A DNA stretch of 63,965 nucleotides, filler included, from Lenisia limosa (GCA_001655205.1; 10 parts of 10 records of this genome joined end to end with filler, not necessarily neighbours in it); one strand, 5' to 3'; counted from the whole stretch's first letter, positions 1 through 13,226 are shown. A program made the numbers and translations. Notes: generated from the sequence alone by a model not told the origin.

Positions 1-1210
1 ACAGTCTACCGCCTTGGTCTACAGTCCTCTGTTAATCCATTTCCTCCATGAGTGGTGTTTTCCCTAGAGTATGACAGATTAGATGAACCATGCCTTGTCT
101 CACCTCAACCTCTCGTTGTCGCATTAAACACAATGGGAGATATCCAACTCGTCCTCAAATTCCAAAGATGTAGTGTTGTTTTCTTTACTTTTTGATGGTT
201 TAGTGGCTTTGTCAGCTCAGAAACTCTTGATACGTACAGTTGGCTAAGGCGTATTGCCAACTCTTCTGTTTCACCAGGGAAATTCTTCGGGGTGAACTCC
301 AAAAACCATATACCATATAAAGCTCTCTTTGTGGAGCCTCATAGATCGTAAGGGAACTTTACTCTCTCATTTTCAGAAATCTATCAGCCCTGGCTAAATG
401 TGATGTTCTCTGTCTGCTCTGTGATTCGACTTCAGCACTTTCAGTTGCCAATGCACGAGCTCTGATGGATTTGTGCTTTTTGGAGGCAGGTTTGCTTTGA
501 AATCAAGGGGAAGAAGGGAGGATTTCGACTTTGATAGTGGCATTTGTCAACTTATCCAGTCTACTTTGTAACGCAGTTTAGATATATTCATGATACCAGT
601 CTTGGTTATATTCCATGGTGATCAGCAAGAAATACTGAAGTCCGTTGACTTATTGGATGAAACTGATCAACATAAATGGTACAGTTAGCTGAGAAACCTT
701 ACATTCAGTCTTTGGCCCACGGACCCGTATACGATCTCGTTTGCTGCTGTCAACGCCCAATTGAAGTCTTTTAACGCGCTACCCAGCTGGTATGTTTTAG
801 TTATATGATACCTTATATCCACTCGTATTTAATTGACGGATAAGTCTATGACTCGGGTGAACCCTCGTGTTATCTTCTTTCATCATTTCGACTCAAAAGT
901 CGGTCATTTGACCATATCATATCACCAGTGGATATGAAACAACATATTAATAAGGTTAAAGAGATATTATTTGTGAACTTTCTCCCAGAGACTCCTCTTG
1001 GTTCTTGGTGGAGTATTATGGGAGGGTAAGATGAACCCGCCTACACAGCTCAGTTCTTTTATCGGCCAATTTTGGGAATAGTTCATCTGTTAATCATCCG
1101 AAGCTGAACTGCACTTTGCCAGAATCTTATCTCTTTTGCCTTCTTTTCTTTCTGACCCTTTTTCTCCTCTCTTCAAAACCCGATTCAATAATAATGCGAC
1201 TAATTGTAAA
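1..1210 (-). CDS. Hypothetical spliced gene, 3'-truncated at window start; possibly TPR-like helical protein
   Basis: GT-AG bounded exons read e.g. LGSALKDFNWALTAANEIVYGSVG and LPLDFKANLPPKKHKSIRARALATES; no family recognised, start not resolved. Confidence 0.35.
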
Positions 1211-1655
1211 GTGCAAAAACAAATATTTTTCATCTTCATACTTTAGGTCAGTAGGGCTTCCTATTCAGCCCAAAATATTTTCAAACCCGGAAACAGCGGT
1301 TGCTAAATGGATTGAGAGCTGGTCAACATGGAGGCAATAAGTGCTAAGTGTTTTTTTTCTCTGTCTTTTTGTTTTTGTGTATTTTAGGGTCTCCTCGTTT
1401 CTTTGTTTTTCTGTTTTTTCTTCTTACTACAATAGGTACAATTAGAATACCATATTGCATGAGAAATAAAAAAACAAGGTTATATAATCTGTTTTGTGAA
1501 ATTATGATAGTATAGTACATCATATGTATATGTATCTAGGGCTTCCCTACGGTCCCAAAAAGACCTATCGAGGTTTTTTGAGAAATACAGTCCTTTTTGT
1601 CTTTAGCTACGAAGAAAAGTGCATTTATTCTCCACTTAGTTCAGGATAAAGATGA

Positions 1656-3172
1656 TTAATGGCCTTGACACCTCCACTTCAACTCAGGGGGAAAGGCTTT
1701 GACTGTAGTCGCCGCATACGATGAGCATTGACAAGCATACGCTTTGCTTCCTGAGTCAATGTTAAGACAGTAAAAAAAATAGTTTGTCACCTTTGAGAGA
1801 GAGAAGGCAATCTCGAAGTTTCTCAAATACAGGGTAGTTTATTCGAAGGAAATAATAGTCTGTGGTTGGACGCCAGTTGTAATTGTCAAACCTAAACTGT
1901 GAAATTATATCAGATGAAAAAAGAGAAAAGTCACCAATACAATAGAAAGGAGTATATATCACAGAGTATGTATGTAATATAATATAATATCATATCATAA
2001 CTACTATATGCACATAATACTATATACATTTTGTCAAAATTCCTGATTTACGGTATAAAATTAATCTCGTGGATCTGACTATCAACAATAGTTAAGGGAA
2101 CTTAAATGATTTTTTGAAAGATTTGTATGCTCAATTCTCTTTTCCAGATAAATATAGTATACAATAATATCATATATGCATATGTATACTAGTATATATC
2201 ATAAATATATACTTTTATGATATATATATATATACTATATTATATAGTATGTATGATAGACATTTGGCTTTTAGACATGTACTCCAATGGGGTATGGACA
2301 TATGCATATCTATATACATTATCATATACATTTGAAATTATACCCTGGCATACCATACATACCCAGTATAGCGTATATATTAAGACGACGCCCCTTAGAG
2401 CTCCGGGCAATTAATATTAATAAAGTGTTTATCATATACAAACGTATCATATAATAGATAGTGCCACGTCTTTCTAGAACCAAGCTTACATGACGATTTT
2501 TCTGTCGCACTTGAGGCAAAATAGCTTATCACAACACCTATATCGAGTATTAATCTGGGGATAATGAGGAGTACAACCAATAGTGGAAAACCCACATACA
2601 CATTATCACCCGGGCTTGCCAGTCCCAATTTCGAGCCTACTGGTCCTCCCAAAACTGCGGAGCATTTCCTAGTTCTGGCATGAGAATCCATCAAAAATAC
2701 ACAGTGTAGAAGAAAAAAAAAAGGGGGGGGGGCTGGTGGGGTAACATAGCAGACTTTGAAACACCTGCCTTTTTAGAAGAAGTCCTGGGTGGGTTTCTTT
2801 ACGGTGAGAAAAGAGTTTGTCATACTTCTGCTTTCGGGGTTGGAATTGAGAGGGGGACTCTTCAAGATCATCAAGGATTGCATTCACATCAAAGTCCTTG
2901 AAAGTTCAGGAGTGTGGGGCATTCAGCCAAATTAGCCATATCTTGAAGGTAGAATTTGAGACAAAATAACACCCTGCCAACATCTTCAGGTCTACTGTTT
3001 GAAGACCACGCTTGTGCTGGCTTTTGGGGAACCTAAAATCAATAATAAATGGCGGTGGCAGTGACAATACCTTTTGGAGGGGAGGCTTCAAATTTCTTTT
3101 AGGTTGTTTTAGGGAACCATAGTTACCTTCATCATCAAACTTTGACAAGAGGTCCTCCAAGTCCTCTTCCAT
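1656..3172 (-). CDS. CFAP418: Cilia- and flagella-associated protein 418 (C8orf37 family)
   Basis: Exons give MEEDLEDLLSKF...KCSAVLGG...CCDKLFCLKCDRKIV...FDNYNWRPTTDYYFLRINYPVFEKLRDCL...GSKAYACQCS...LKWRCQGH*, matching recalled C8orf37 motifs (CDxLxCxxCD, WxxxxDYxFxRxNxP, AYACQCS, LxWxCxxH). Confidence 0.85.
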
Positions 3173-3189
3173 ATTCCCGAAAAGCAGAT

Positions 3190-6100
3190 TTAAACGGCAA
3201 CCTCCTCCTCCTCAGCACTCAGCAACCCAATAACACTTCCTTTTGAGTGCCTTTGACTTTCCTCTTTCTAGAGACTCAATCACCAATCAAGCAAAGAGAG
3301 GGGTTAGTTAGAGGAATGAAGAAGGGTGCACGCCTTGTGCAAACACGGGTGTAAGAGGATGAACTCAAATGAGCGACTGCCTTGACAAGTTGACAAGTGC
3401 CTGGACTGAGCGACTGAGCTTAATAACTGCTATGTTTGCTGCTTTTGCGCTTTTTGCGCTCTACTGTGATGCTGGGGGAGGGGGCATGGGGTAGTGATCG
3501 TTGGGGGGTGGAAGCCCAAGTTATTCACTATTTCGCAAAAATTTTAAGAAAAATATATCTGNNNNNNNNNNNNNNNNNNNNNNNNNNNNNNNNNNNNNTT
3601 CAGGGCACAAATCTTTTGATTTAAATTGGAGTCATTTTATGCTAAATTTGATAAGCCATCGAGAGTTCGAAGCCTCAGAATTTGAATTGTTGTGATTCTG
3701 GTGTTCAAAAGCTCTTGTAGAAATAAGTTCATCAAAAACGTGCAAGGCCGCTATCATAACTGTCCCCAAATGACAGACCTATGACGAAGCCTTGCTACAA
3801 CTATGAAATTTTAACATTTACTAAAACCGAACAGTTTAATTCTAATATATTACCACTGATACCATTAACGAGATGTCATAATTCTAGCCATTCCAATGTC
3901 ACCAAAGATCCCCCTCTAAGTAGGTTTGGGAAGATGAATGATTCAACAAAGTGATTATACCCCCCCAACTGTCCAGCCCACAGTTAATCTTCCCCAATGA
4001 AATAACTGAAAATATTGTACATTCCCTCAAATTAAATGTGAAGAATTACGTGGAAATCAGAAAACGTAAGAAACACCAAGGATACAAAATTATAGGGATT
4101 TGTCAGAAGCTTCACAATAAGACACCAGTGAACCTGCGGTGAGTGAAATACATATTATATACACAAGGAGAGGTGCACAGTTTCCTTCATATTCGCTGTC
4201 CATTGTCTAGTTTTACCATACATAGAAATATAACATATGATATTTGTAGTACCTATAATGGAGCATAAACTCACCTGCATTACCAACGGCAGGTTCAGGT
4301 TGCTCATCTTCAGGCTAAATGCCATAAGTGACAAAACATATTCAAATCATCTTATCCCATATCAGACGGAACAACCTAATGCTCAGATAAACTGTTGCGT
4401 ATGGTACCTTTCATAGAATTGAAGTTATCACCCCCCCCCCTTCCGACCGGAACAATGAACAACGAGTCACAGTCCAACTGTTCGTAGCTGAGGGTGGGAT
4501 AGTGGGGGTATTGAGCATGAGGCTACAATGGTAAAAACAAAAATTACCTCCTACCATTTTTTGGTCATAGTCGATAACATAATGATGGTAATCTTGCGGG
4601 CTTTTATCATTAAATATAAACACACGAGCTCCAACAGGAATTTTACCACTGTAGCTTCCAAAACTAAATTGTCAGAGGAGGAAAGTGCAGAACACGGGGA
4701 GAAAAAGTATGCTATGTATCAACATATTCTAAGCCTGGGGAAATTTTGCATGGTGGTTCTCAGTCCGAGACCCTGAAACCGGGTGTATCGTTCCCATGTA
4801 AGTCTAATAGTGAAGGTACCGGGTTGGATACATAAGTGTGAAGCTTGGTGAAAGAACCTTTCTCTTGTAAGGAACAAAGCCTACCCATAAATGGTACAAG
4901 AACATTCTTATTAACGACGGAGTAGAAATCATATTTCCGTAGCAAAAGATTAAGAAGAAAAAAACTTCTACAGTGAGACTCGAACCCTCCTCTAAGGTAT
5001 GATGACAAACCGATCCAGACAAAAAAAAGTTTCCAAAGGCTTAGAATATATCATATCATTTCACATATTCTCCCATAGAGTAGAAGTAAAAAACAATCCA
5101 CAAACCCCGATTTTCTGCCGTAAAACATTTTAATGTTCTTGAAAACAGTTGAGTAGTCATTACGATGGTCATGGCCAAACACCATTCCCAACATCCGATC
5201 ATCATGACGAAGTAAGTCGAATAACCCTGTCAGTATAAAAAATCCGCATAACAAACTGAACTCAGCAAAGAGAAACAAAAATAATCGCTAAGGTTGTTAT
5301 CATCATAGAATCATAAACACTAAACTAAAAAAGAAGACACCTCTTACCTGTGTTTATATAAGGGCAGTTGACTTCCTCTCTCCAACCAGTACCATTAACC
5401 ACCGTTGTATGCCAAGCTTTGTGCATTTCTGAATCGTAACACTTTGCAACAAACTCCATAATTTGTCCTGAATGTAGGAATAAAGCACCTACCTGGCAAT
5501 GGGATATGGAGTGCAACAAAGAGATTTGCGGCAATTTCGTCAGAAAGAAGTCGCTGTTGGAGTTCAGACGCAACCCATTCGACCTACCGGGTCAAATCGA
5601 GATGGAAAAGTGATTGAAACACCGAATCAACAAACCTGGTCTGGCATGACACACCCCCAGCTATGAACCCCGAGACAGTGGTAATCATTGGAATCTAATG
5701 CCTGTCCAAATTAGATCAATAGTAGTATTACACGACAACAGCAGGATATTATAACGGGGGGTGGGGGGTTAGTAAATCTCGATAATATATGCAAATCAAC
5801 ACTGGTACACCTGATACTTTTGAGAAAAGGGATTGCTATGTTCCGAAAAAGACTGAAAATCTACCGATATTTATTGATATAGTATTATAGTTAGTACTTA
5901 ATCTTAGTATTATGGGACTGAAGGGAAGCCCTCAACAGCAAATTTTGTTATTGTAAGAGATCAATCACTAATGCTGTATGGAGACAACAAACCAAAATAT
6001 CGAGAGGCTTAGCAGTTGGGTTGGTGTCTCTTGCATGAATACGAACAAAATAATTACTCACTCCAGAAATAGAATCTGGATCTAAAAAGTTCAAAAAAAG

Positions 6101-7172
6101 CGTTTGTTTTTAAACATCTTCTCCCCGCCTACTATCACCAGACACACTGAGTCTTTGTAACTTATCAAGATCCATTAACTCCGCTCGCGTCATGTCTCCC
6201 TAGTTATTAGATCAATAGGTCAGAATAGAAAAGAAAGCACATCTTTCCCAAACCTCTGTGTCATGATTGCCAAGTATAAACATCCAGGGAATTTCCCTTT
6301 CAATTAAAGGAGAGACCGCTTTCTACTTGATAAGTCTTGTATATCATCAACTTACCGCATATTGCTCAACTGTAAATCCTTCCATATCAGAATCCTCAAT
6401 ATAGCAATATCCTAAACAATAAGATCCAACAATACATTACCAGAAATGATGTCACCAGTGAACAAGACTAAATTTGGGCTTTCCCTGTCAAGCATATCTC
6501 CAATTGCCTAAGTAGATAAATACTTTTTCCTTGTCAAAGATACAAACTTCAACAGTGGACGCGTCCATTTCAGCGCTTCCTCCAAGGTGAGTGTCTAAGT
6601 AATCAGAGGGAAACAGAACTCAATCCGAGTTCCGCACGCTAAGAAACGTCCACAAAAACTCAACATCTGCTCCTCCACTCACCAGTAATCTGAAGAATCT
6701 TGAATTCTCCTTCGGAATCAAATGACAGGCGAAGAACATTTCGGGTCTGGGAAATGAAATGTGCACGTTCAATCGAAAAAACAACCATAAACCCTCCAAA
6801 CCGATTCTTTGAATGGGAAAACCAGTAAGAATGAGAAGAAGATACAAAAGAAGATGATGAACACAAGAATAATGATGATTGATCTTCTTGTCCGTGATAG
6901 AGGTCTTAGATTCAAAGGCCCAGGAGGCCTTTGAGGTTGTACAGGTGACTTGCTAAGGCGTAAGAAGCAATATCCATACAACAAAGAGCTTACTCAAAAG
7001 CATTGAATCTTGTTGCAACATATTCCCGCGCGTCTAATGCAAAATTTGAACAAGTAGGAGTAATTATTAAACGATTTCCGGTTCCAGTTTCAGTTAGAAC
7101 AATAGAACGGGGTCTCTCTGAAAGCTGGGCAAGTTCATGGCCACTTTGATGCTGGTCAGGAGAAACCTCCAT
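3190..7172 (-). CDS. Calcineurin-like metallophosphoesterase of the DCR2/SIA1/PAP14-28-29 type, with N-terminal TM anchor; 3' end below about 4500 uncertain
   Basis: LRLSFDSEGEFKILQITDTH, LVLFTGDII, MTRAELM, HIPLP, REEVNCPYINTG, MVFGHDHRNDY, YGRKSGFGSY, GARV motifs in order; TM segment IIIILVFIIFFCIFFSFLLVF at about 6820-6880. Confidence 0.85.
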
Positions 7173-7214
7173 GATTATGATGCGTCTTAAACCCTTGCCC
7201 AACGGGTTTACTTG

Positions 7215-10200
7215 CTAGAAGTCACCGGGCAAAGAATCTTCTTCTTCTTCTTCTTCTCTGCCTTTGCTACCCTTACCACAATCTGCAAAAACAATGAAAA
7301 AAAACACTCCGNNNNNNNNNNNNNNNNNNNNNNNNNNNNNNNNNNNNNNNNNNNNNNNNNNNNNNNNNNNNNNNNNNNNNNNNNNNNNNNNNNNNNNNNN
7401 NNNNNNNNNNNNNNNNNNNNNNNNNNNNNNNNNNNNNNNNNNNNNNNNNNNNNTGTTTGAGTATTTCGTTTTTATTACGTTATTAATGTTAGTAGATATA
7501 CCGCTATACCTGCGTTATACCGTTTTAAGGTAAAAAAAAACTCCTTGCTAAAAGAACAAACACAGTTTGGCATAAAACCTGAAAAAAAATATATATATAA
7601 CTTAAGACGACCTAGTAACATTATCCCAAAGACCTAGGGCCACACGCTCCAACTCATGATGGCATCGTGACAGTTCTCGTCGAAGGTGGTCGATTTCACC
7701 TTGCGCCTGACAAATGATATTGAAATGCAATAATTCAGAAATTAGTTGTTTCCCTAGATTTCTAATTGCTCAAAAAATTTAACGAAAAAAAAACGAGAGA
7801 AAAAAAACACAGGAATCATTTTATTCAGGGAGTGGTGTAGAATGGGAATGTGTGGAAACAACCAAGATATCAACATTATGTGACAGTAATAGTAGTGGAA
7901 GAAAATGGGTTCAACCAAAAAAAAAAAAAGAAGCACTATTGGGCGAACTTTGGATTGAATTGTGAATAGTAGAGATTAAGGTTTACATTTAAACATAATC
8001 ANNNNNNNNNNNNNNNNNNNNNNNNNNNNNNNNNNNNNNNNNNNNNNNNNNNNNNNNNNNNNNNNNNNNNNNNNNNNNNNNNNNNNNNNNNNNNNNNNNN
8101 NNNNNNNNNNNNNAATTCCATTTCTTTCTAATGCCTCAAGCTGCTTATTCCTTGTTTGGTCAACAGCTAAGAGGCGCGCATGTTCCTCACTAAGCAAATA
8201 ATTTGAAAATTGACCTTTCACTTACCCCAAGCTTCGATAGGAGACAAGGATATCTTCCCTCTCAGCCTCGCTTGCTGCACGTGACGCAAAAATGGCTTGT
8301 CGGGTCACTTCAGCTTGTCTGATAGTTAGAACTGCAACAATAGTCCTACCTATGCATTTCCGCTTCACGAACCGCTGCAAGCTGCGTTGCTTCAATGATC
8401 TGGGTATTAACATTGAGGATCATTTGCCAACTTCTGACTCAAGCTGCTCGATTTTGATTCGCTGCTGCTGAAGGCTTCCTGAAATGGCGGCCTTTGAAGA
8501 GAGTCCTTGAGACACCTCACGCTCAAGTTCAAGGAGGCGAGTGGATTGGAAATTTTCTACAAAATAACAAACAGTATTGAACTACCTTTTTCTAAGGCAG
8601 TATTCAGTTTATCTTTAGTTGACTTCAATTCAGCCTTTAGTCTTCCCTGAGATAAGCGCAATTCAGACGCGTCAGCTTCAATAGCCAGTGCCTTGCTGGC
8701 AGCAGCCTCCATATTGTGCGCATGCATTGCGCGGCTTTCCTCCATGGAAACCAAACGGGAGTGTTCAGCCCTACAAGATCAGAACGTCGTGGATGACGGT
8801 CATACTTGAGGGAGTCGTATCGTTTCCTCAGTTCATCACGCTCGAGCTCCACAATCGATTGTTGAGCGAGGCTTTCATTGCGCTCCGCCTCCGCACGTCG
8901 CAGGGAGTCTTCCAAACCATTAAACCGAGTCTTGGTCGCCACAAGGTCTCGCGACATTGAATGAAAATCACTGAAGGAATCAATTGTAGGAGTATCTAAA
9001 CTAAACTTTGTTGTAATAAAAATTGGATTTGTAAAAATCCATACACCTCGCCAACTGGTCGGCGCTCCTCTTCGTCTGAATGCTTCTTTGAGATTCAGCC
9101 TCAAGAGATACAATTTTGAGTGATAAAGACGATTCTAAATTTTTAAGAAAGGAATGGGATAATGTGGTCATCCAATACACTTTCTATATCTAGTGTAATT
9201 TAAAAATGTAATTATATATGTAATTGGATGAACACCCTGAGGATACCAACCTTTTTCTTTGCTGTCACTGAGTCTGTCCTGTGTTGCTCTCAATTCTCCT
9301 CGAAGCCGCCCGGTGTCCACTCGAAGCTCCATTAACTCCTGTTCCAAGCCTACAACCTGAAAGGGTCAAGACCCAAAGAAATTAACCCGCACCTTTGAAG
9401 ATTCAGCGTCGAGAGACGATAGTTTAATCCGGTGCGATTCTTCAACAGCAAGTAACCTGGAATGCTCGGCTCTACAACAGTCAGACACCGTGGGTAGCCC
9501 ACCTCAGGTGATCGTAGCGCCTGCGCAAATCATCACGCTCTGTTTCGGCGGCAGCCTAAACTCATCACTACACATGCTGCACGTACCCTTGAAATGAATG
9601 CGCCTTGTCTATCATCATCACGTGCACGGTTGGCGTCATTCAGGGCTGCCAGTCGAGCCTGGGCCGCCGCAAGGTCACGTGATAATGCCGCCGAAGACCT
9701 TGAAAATGAAAGGAAGGAAAGGAACAAACATTTCCGCATTGGTGGCTCGGCGGATGGAGGCACGACCTTCTTCTGATACACGTTCCAGTTGTACCTTGAT
9801 GTCGCTAGCTGCAGAAATGTGGCTAAGAAATAAGACCTGAGTGGGTTCAAATAACCTACGAATCGCATTCAGCGGTTTTACTGTCAATTTGAATTTGAAG
9901 TGTTTCGTTCTGACAAATATTAGTTTTGATAAGGGCATTGTTTGAAGAGGACAGTCCATAAAGCCTGCACACCCTCGCCCGGGCCTCCTCCAAGCGGGCG
10001 GTTTGTGAATCAAGTCGCCGTCTCAGATCGTCGCGCTCAGTCTCTGCCTGGACCTGGGCAGTAAAGGCGTTTTTTAACAGAGGATCAATAACGACAACGT
10101 AGCCTGAGCCGACTTGATGAATGTAAGCACCCTGTCTATCCTCGTCGCGAGTGCGATTAGCGTCAGTCAAAACGTTAAGCCTGGACTCTGTTGAAGCAAG

Positions 10201-13200
10201 GTCGCGTGACAATGTTGCCGACGCTTCTTGAGCAGCAACTTGAGAGAGCTCGGCTGCAACTCTAGCCTCGTCTGCTCGAGACAGCATTGTTTGCATTTCC
10301 GTCATTCGGGACGAAAGGCTACAACAAGTCAGCACGAAACTCCATCCATATTGAAGTAAGTCACCACAACCCACTCTATGACTTCAGAACATTTCACTGC
10401 AAGGGAGCCCTCAAGTGTGACTTGCTATAAAAAATAAATTCATTGGACTCTCAAGAACCAACCCTAGCCCGGGCCTCCTCCAAGCGGGCGGCTTGTGAAT
10501 CAAGTCGCCGTCTCAGATCGTCGCGCTCAGTCTCTGCCTGGACCTGCGAATATATTTGTGAAAAGAAAATAATTAAATTGATGTTACACTAATTTATAAG
10601 AATGACAAAAATATGTGAGCTCCTACTTTTTCAATAACATTTCCTTGTCTATCATCGTCACGTGCACGGTTGGCGTCATTTAGGGCTGTCAGTCGAGCCT
10701 GGGCCGCCGCAAGGTCACGTGACAACGCCGCCGAAGACCGACAAAAGTAAGCTGAAGGTAACAACGCTTACTCTCCTTGTTTGTCCACTTGAGATTTGAG
10801 AGTAATAACTTCGGAATTTTTTCGCTCAACCTCACTATCAAGTGCTTTAATCTTGGTACATTAGTACAAAATATTAATATATTATATCCTTAAAAATCAA
10901 CAAAGCCTGCATACCCTGGCCCGGGTCTCCTCCAAGCGGGTGGTTTGTGAATCAATTCGCCGTCTCAGATCGTCGCGCTCAGTCTCTGCCTGGACCTGTT
11001 GTGTGAACATGGTGCTGTACTGTCATACTGTACCTTTTCGACTTTCAAAGCTTCCATATCATCATTGCGGATCTCAGCTGCATCATTTAACGCAGAAAGA
11101 CGAGCCTGGGATAGAGCAAGTTCGCGAGATAATGCCTCTGATGACCTGGACAAAAATTAGCAGAATGAAATCCCTACTCTTCGAGTTCTTTAACTTTCTT
11201 ATCACTGTTGGCAAGAGCACGAGCCTCCTCAGCAAGAGTGTTCGTGTTTAATGCAAGTGCCTTTTCCGCTGCTTCTGCCTTTAAACGTATTAAAAAAAAT
11301 AAGGATAACCAAAAATGGAAGTACGCTAACTCCATAAAAAAAAACACACTGTACAGTACCTGAAATTGCCAAAAAAAATATGACCCGCTTGTTCAGGTCC
11401 AGCTTCAACAAAGAAAGTGTTAGCCAACCTTAGAAATGGCTTCTTCAAGTCTAGCTGTCTGGCTATCGAGTTTTCTCTGCAGCTTGCTTTCAGAAGACTA
11501 AAGTGTCATAAAATATTATCCTTGTATGGCAAACCTTGTAGGGGGTCGGAGTGGGGGTTGTGGGTGTTGATGGTTGGGTTGACATTGTAGTGCTAAACAT
11601 GTAAGAACATACAATCCAGTACTTTTCTTGAGGCTTGTTTTCCTTAATTCCTGTCATATGAAGATTTCCTTTGTCCTTTCTGGTTCTGAGAACAGTATTT
11701 TCGAAGGTATCCTGCAAACATGATATGAAGGCAAAGGTATACCTTTTCAACTTCTGCTAATCTGTTGTTGAGGAAGTCAACTTGAAGATTTAGATGTTCC
11801 ACCGCTTCTTCTGCTGACTTTCGGTCGTCAATTAACCGAAGCACCTCTGTGAGATGATAACCGCAAATGTACTGAATAATACATATATATTAGCATATGA
11901 TATATGATATACTATACTATAGAGCAATGAGAAAAAAAAATAAAGATGTATCAGGCCGAAGCATCACGCTTATAAGAGATATTATAATATTAATACATAT
12001 ATATGATATAATACACTGTGTAGTATACTATATTATCCATGTATCTACATGTATATACTATCATTATGTTATCTATATTACAACGACATGGTCTACTAAT
12101 ATCATATATTTATACTATCTGAAATCGCAACTCAAATACACGGGATGGCAAAAAAATATCAATGATTTCCCACCAGGATCCCTTCCATTGCCAAGTAGCT
12201 GCTGAAGCCGAAGAATTTCCGCCTATATTAAGTCAAAAAATACCCATTAATAATGTTGTCATATCAAAGACTTACTTCTCTGTTGCCGCACTTCAAAAGC
12301 AAAGCCGCAGATTCCTCACGACTGTTCTCGAGATCCGACTTCAAAAACTGAACCTCCTCTTGGAGGACTTGCATCCGTACCTCAGCCATTCCAATGAGAT
12401 CAGCAGTTACAGGGTCGCTTGATAATGAACTACGAAGAGGTCAAAGAACAGTCAACAACGTACTTATTCTGAGAAGGGGCCGAAGCGTCGAATGCTTCAG
12501 GAAGATAGAGCTGCGAAGGTCTGACAACTTTTGAAGCCTCCCCACGCTTGAGTGCTAAAATATATTAATCCACGATATCTTTCAAGGAGACAAAGTTGAG
12601 CACCACCCTCTTGCTCACGGGTGGTTTTTGTAATGATGTCGTCAAGCTTGAATTTCAAAAGGTCTCGCTCGCGCTCAAGAATTCTACCTCGGTGCGCGTG
12701 TTTCGTCAACAAGAATTGTGCATTCCTGGTTTATATCAGGATGGAAGATGCTGTACCATATTTTGAAAAAACTTACATTGTTTCTTCCTCAGCCTTTTTG
12801 ACTTTTAAGGTTAAGTCACGAACAAGAGTATCAGACTCTTCTCCCTGTCGAAGAATCTACATTGTGAATGAACTCACATTATGATGACTTTTTCCACCCA
12901 AAGCACCTCAGAATGAAGTGAGTTGACTTCTCGAGTGAGTCTTGCATTCTCTTTTTGAAGAGGAAGCAACTACAAAATTAAAGTTAAAGCCGTTATTCAG
13001 TTAGCATCATTTAATACACAAAGGATAGAAAACACTGAGAAGATATTTTTCTCTTTAAATCAAATGTGAATATGCAAATATAACAAAATAAGAATAGGGG
13101 TCAACAAGAAAAGAAACATTAGTTGCCAACAGATGGAATCAGTGCAGGTTCTGATCTTGGAGTTTGGTGCATTTGAGGAGAATCAGCAATACTATTGCTT

Positions 13201-13220
13201 TTTGGAGTCCTTCCCATCAT
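7215..13220 (-). CDS. CEP135: CEP135/Bld10-like centriolar coiled-coil protein
   Basis: Exons LLPLQKENARLTREVNSLHSE, ILRQGEESDTLVRDLTLKVKKAEEET and NAQFLLTKHAHRGRILERER align with the recalled CEP135 N-terminal region (EPYKLENARLSRENNELYLE...DLKFLNNQYAHKLKLLEKE); KALAIEADASELRL resembles KAHQAEGESSSVRL; remainder is heptad-rich. Confidence 0.7.
9500..11150 (-). repeat. Four tandem copies of an exon pair inside CEP135
   Basis: Near-identical 81-nt exons at 10915-10995, 10463-10543 and 9973-10053 (VQAETERDDLRRRxDSQxxRLEExRAR) plus a degenerate copy near 9500-9565, alternating with SSAALSRDLAAAQARLxALNDANRxRDDD exons near 11060-11150, 10640-10738, 10130-10220 and 9600-9700. Confidence 0.9.
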
Positions 13221-13226
13221 AGGTCT

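Noticed and set aside
4960-5040. tRNA-like element around GGGTTCGAGTCTC (minus strand)
   Set aside because: The T-arm is imperfect and no acceptor, D or anticodon stems can be formed.
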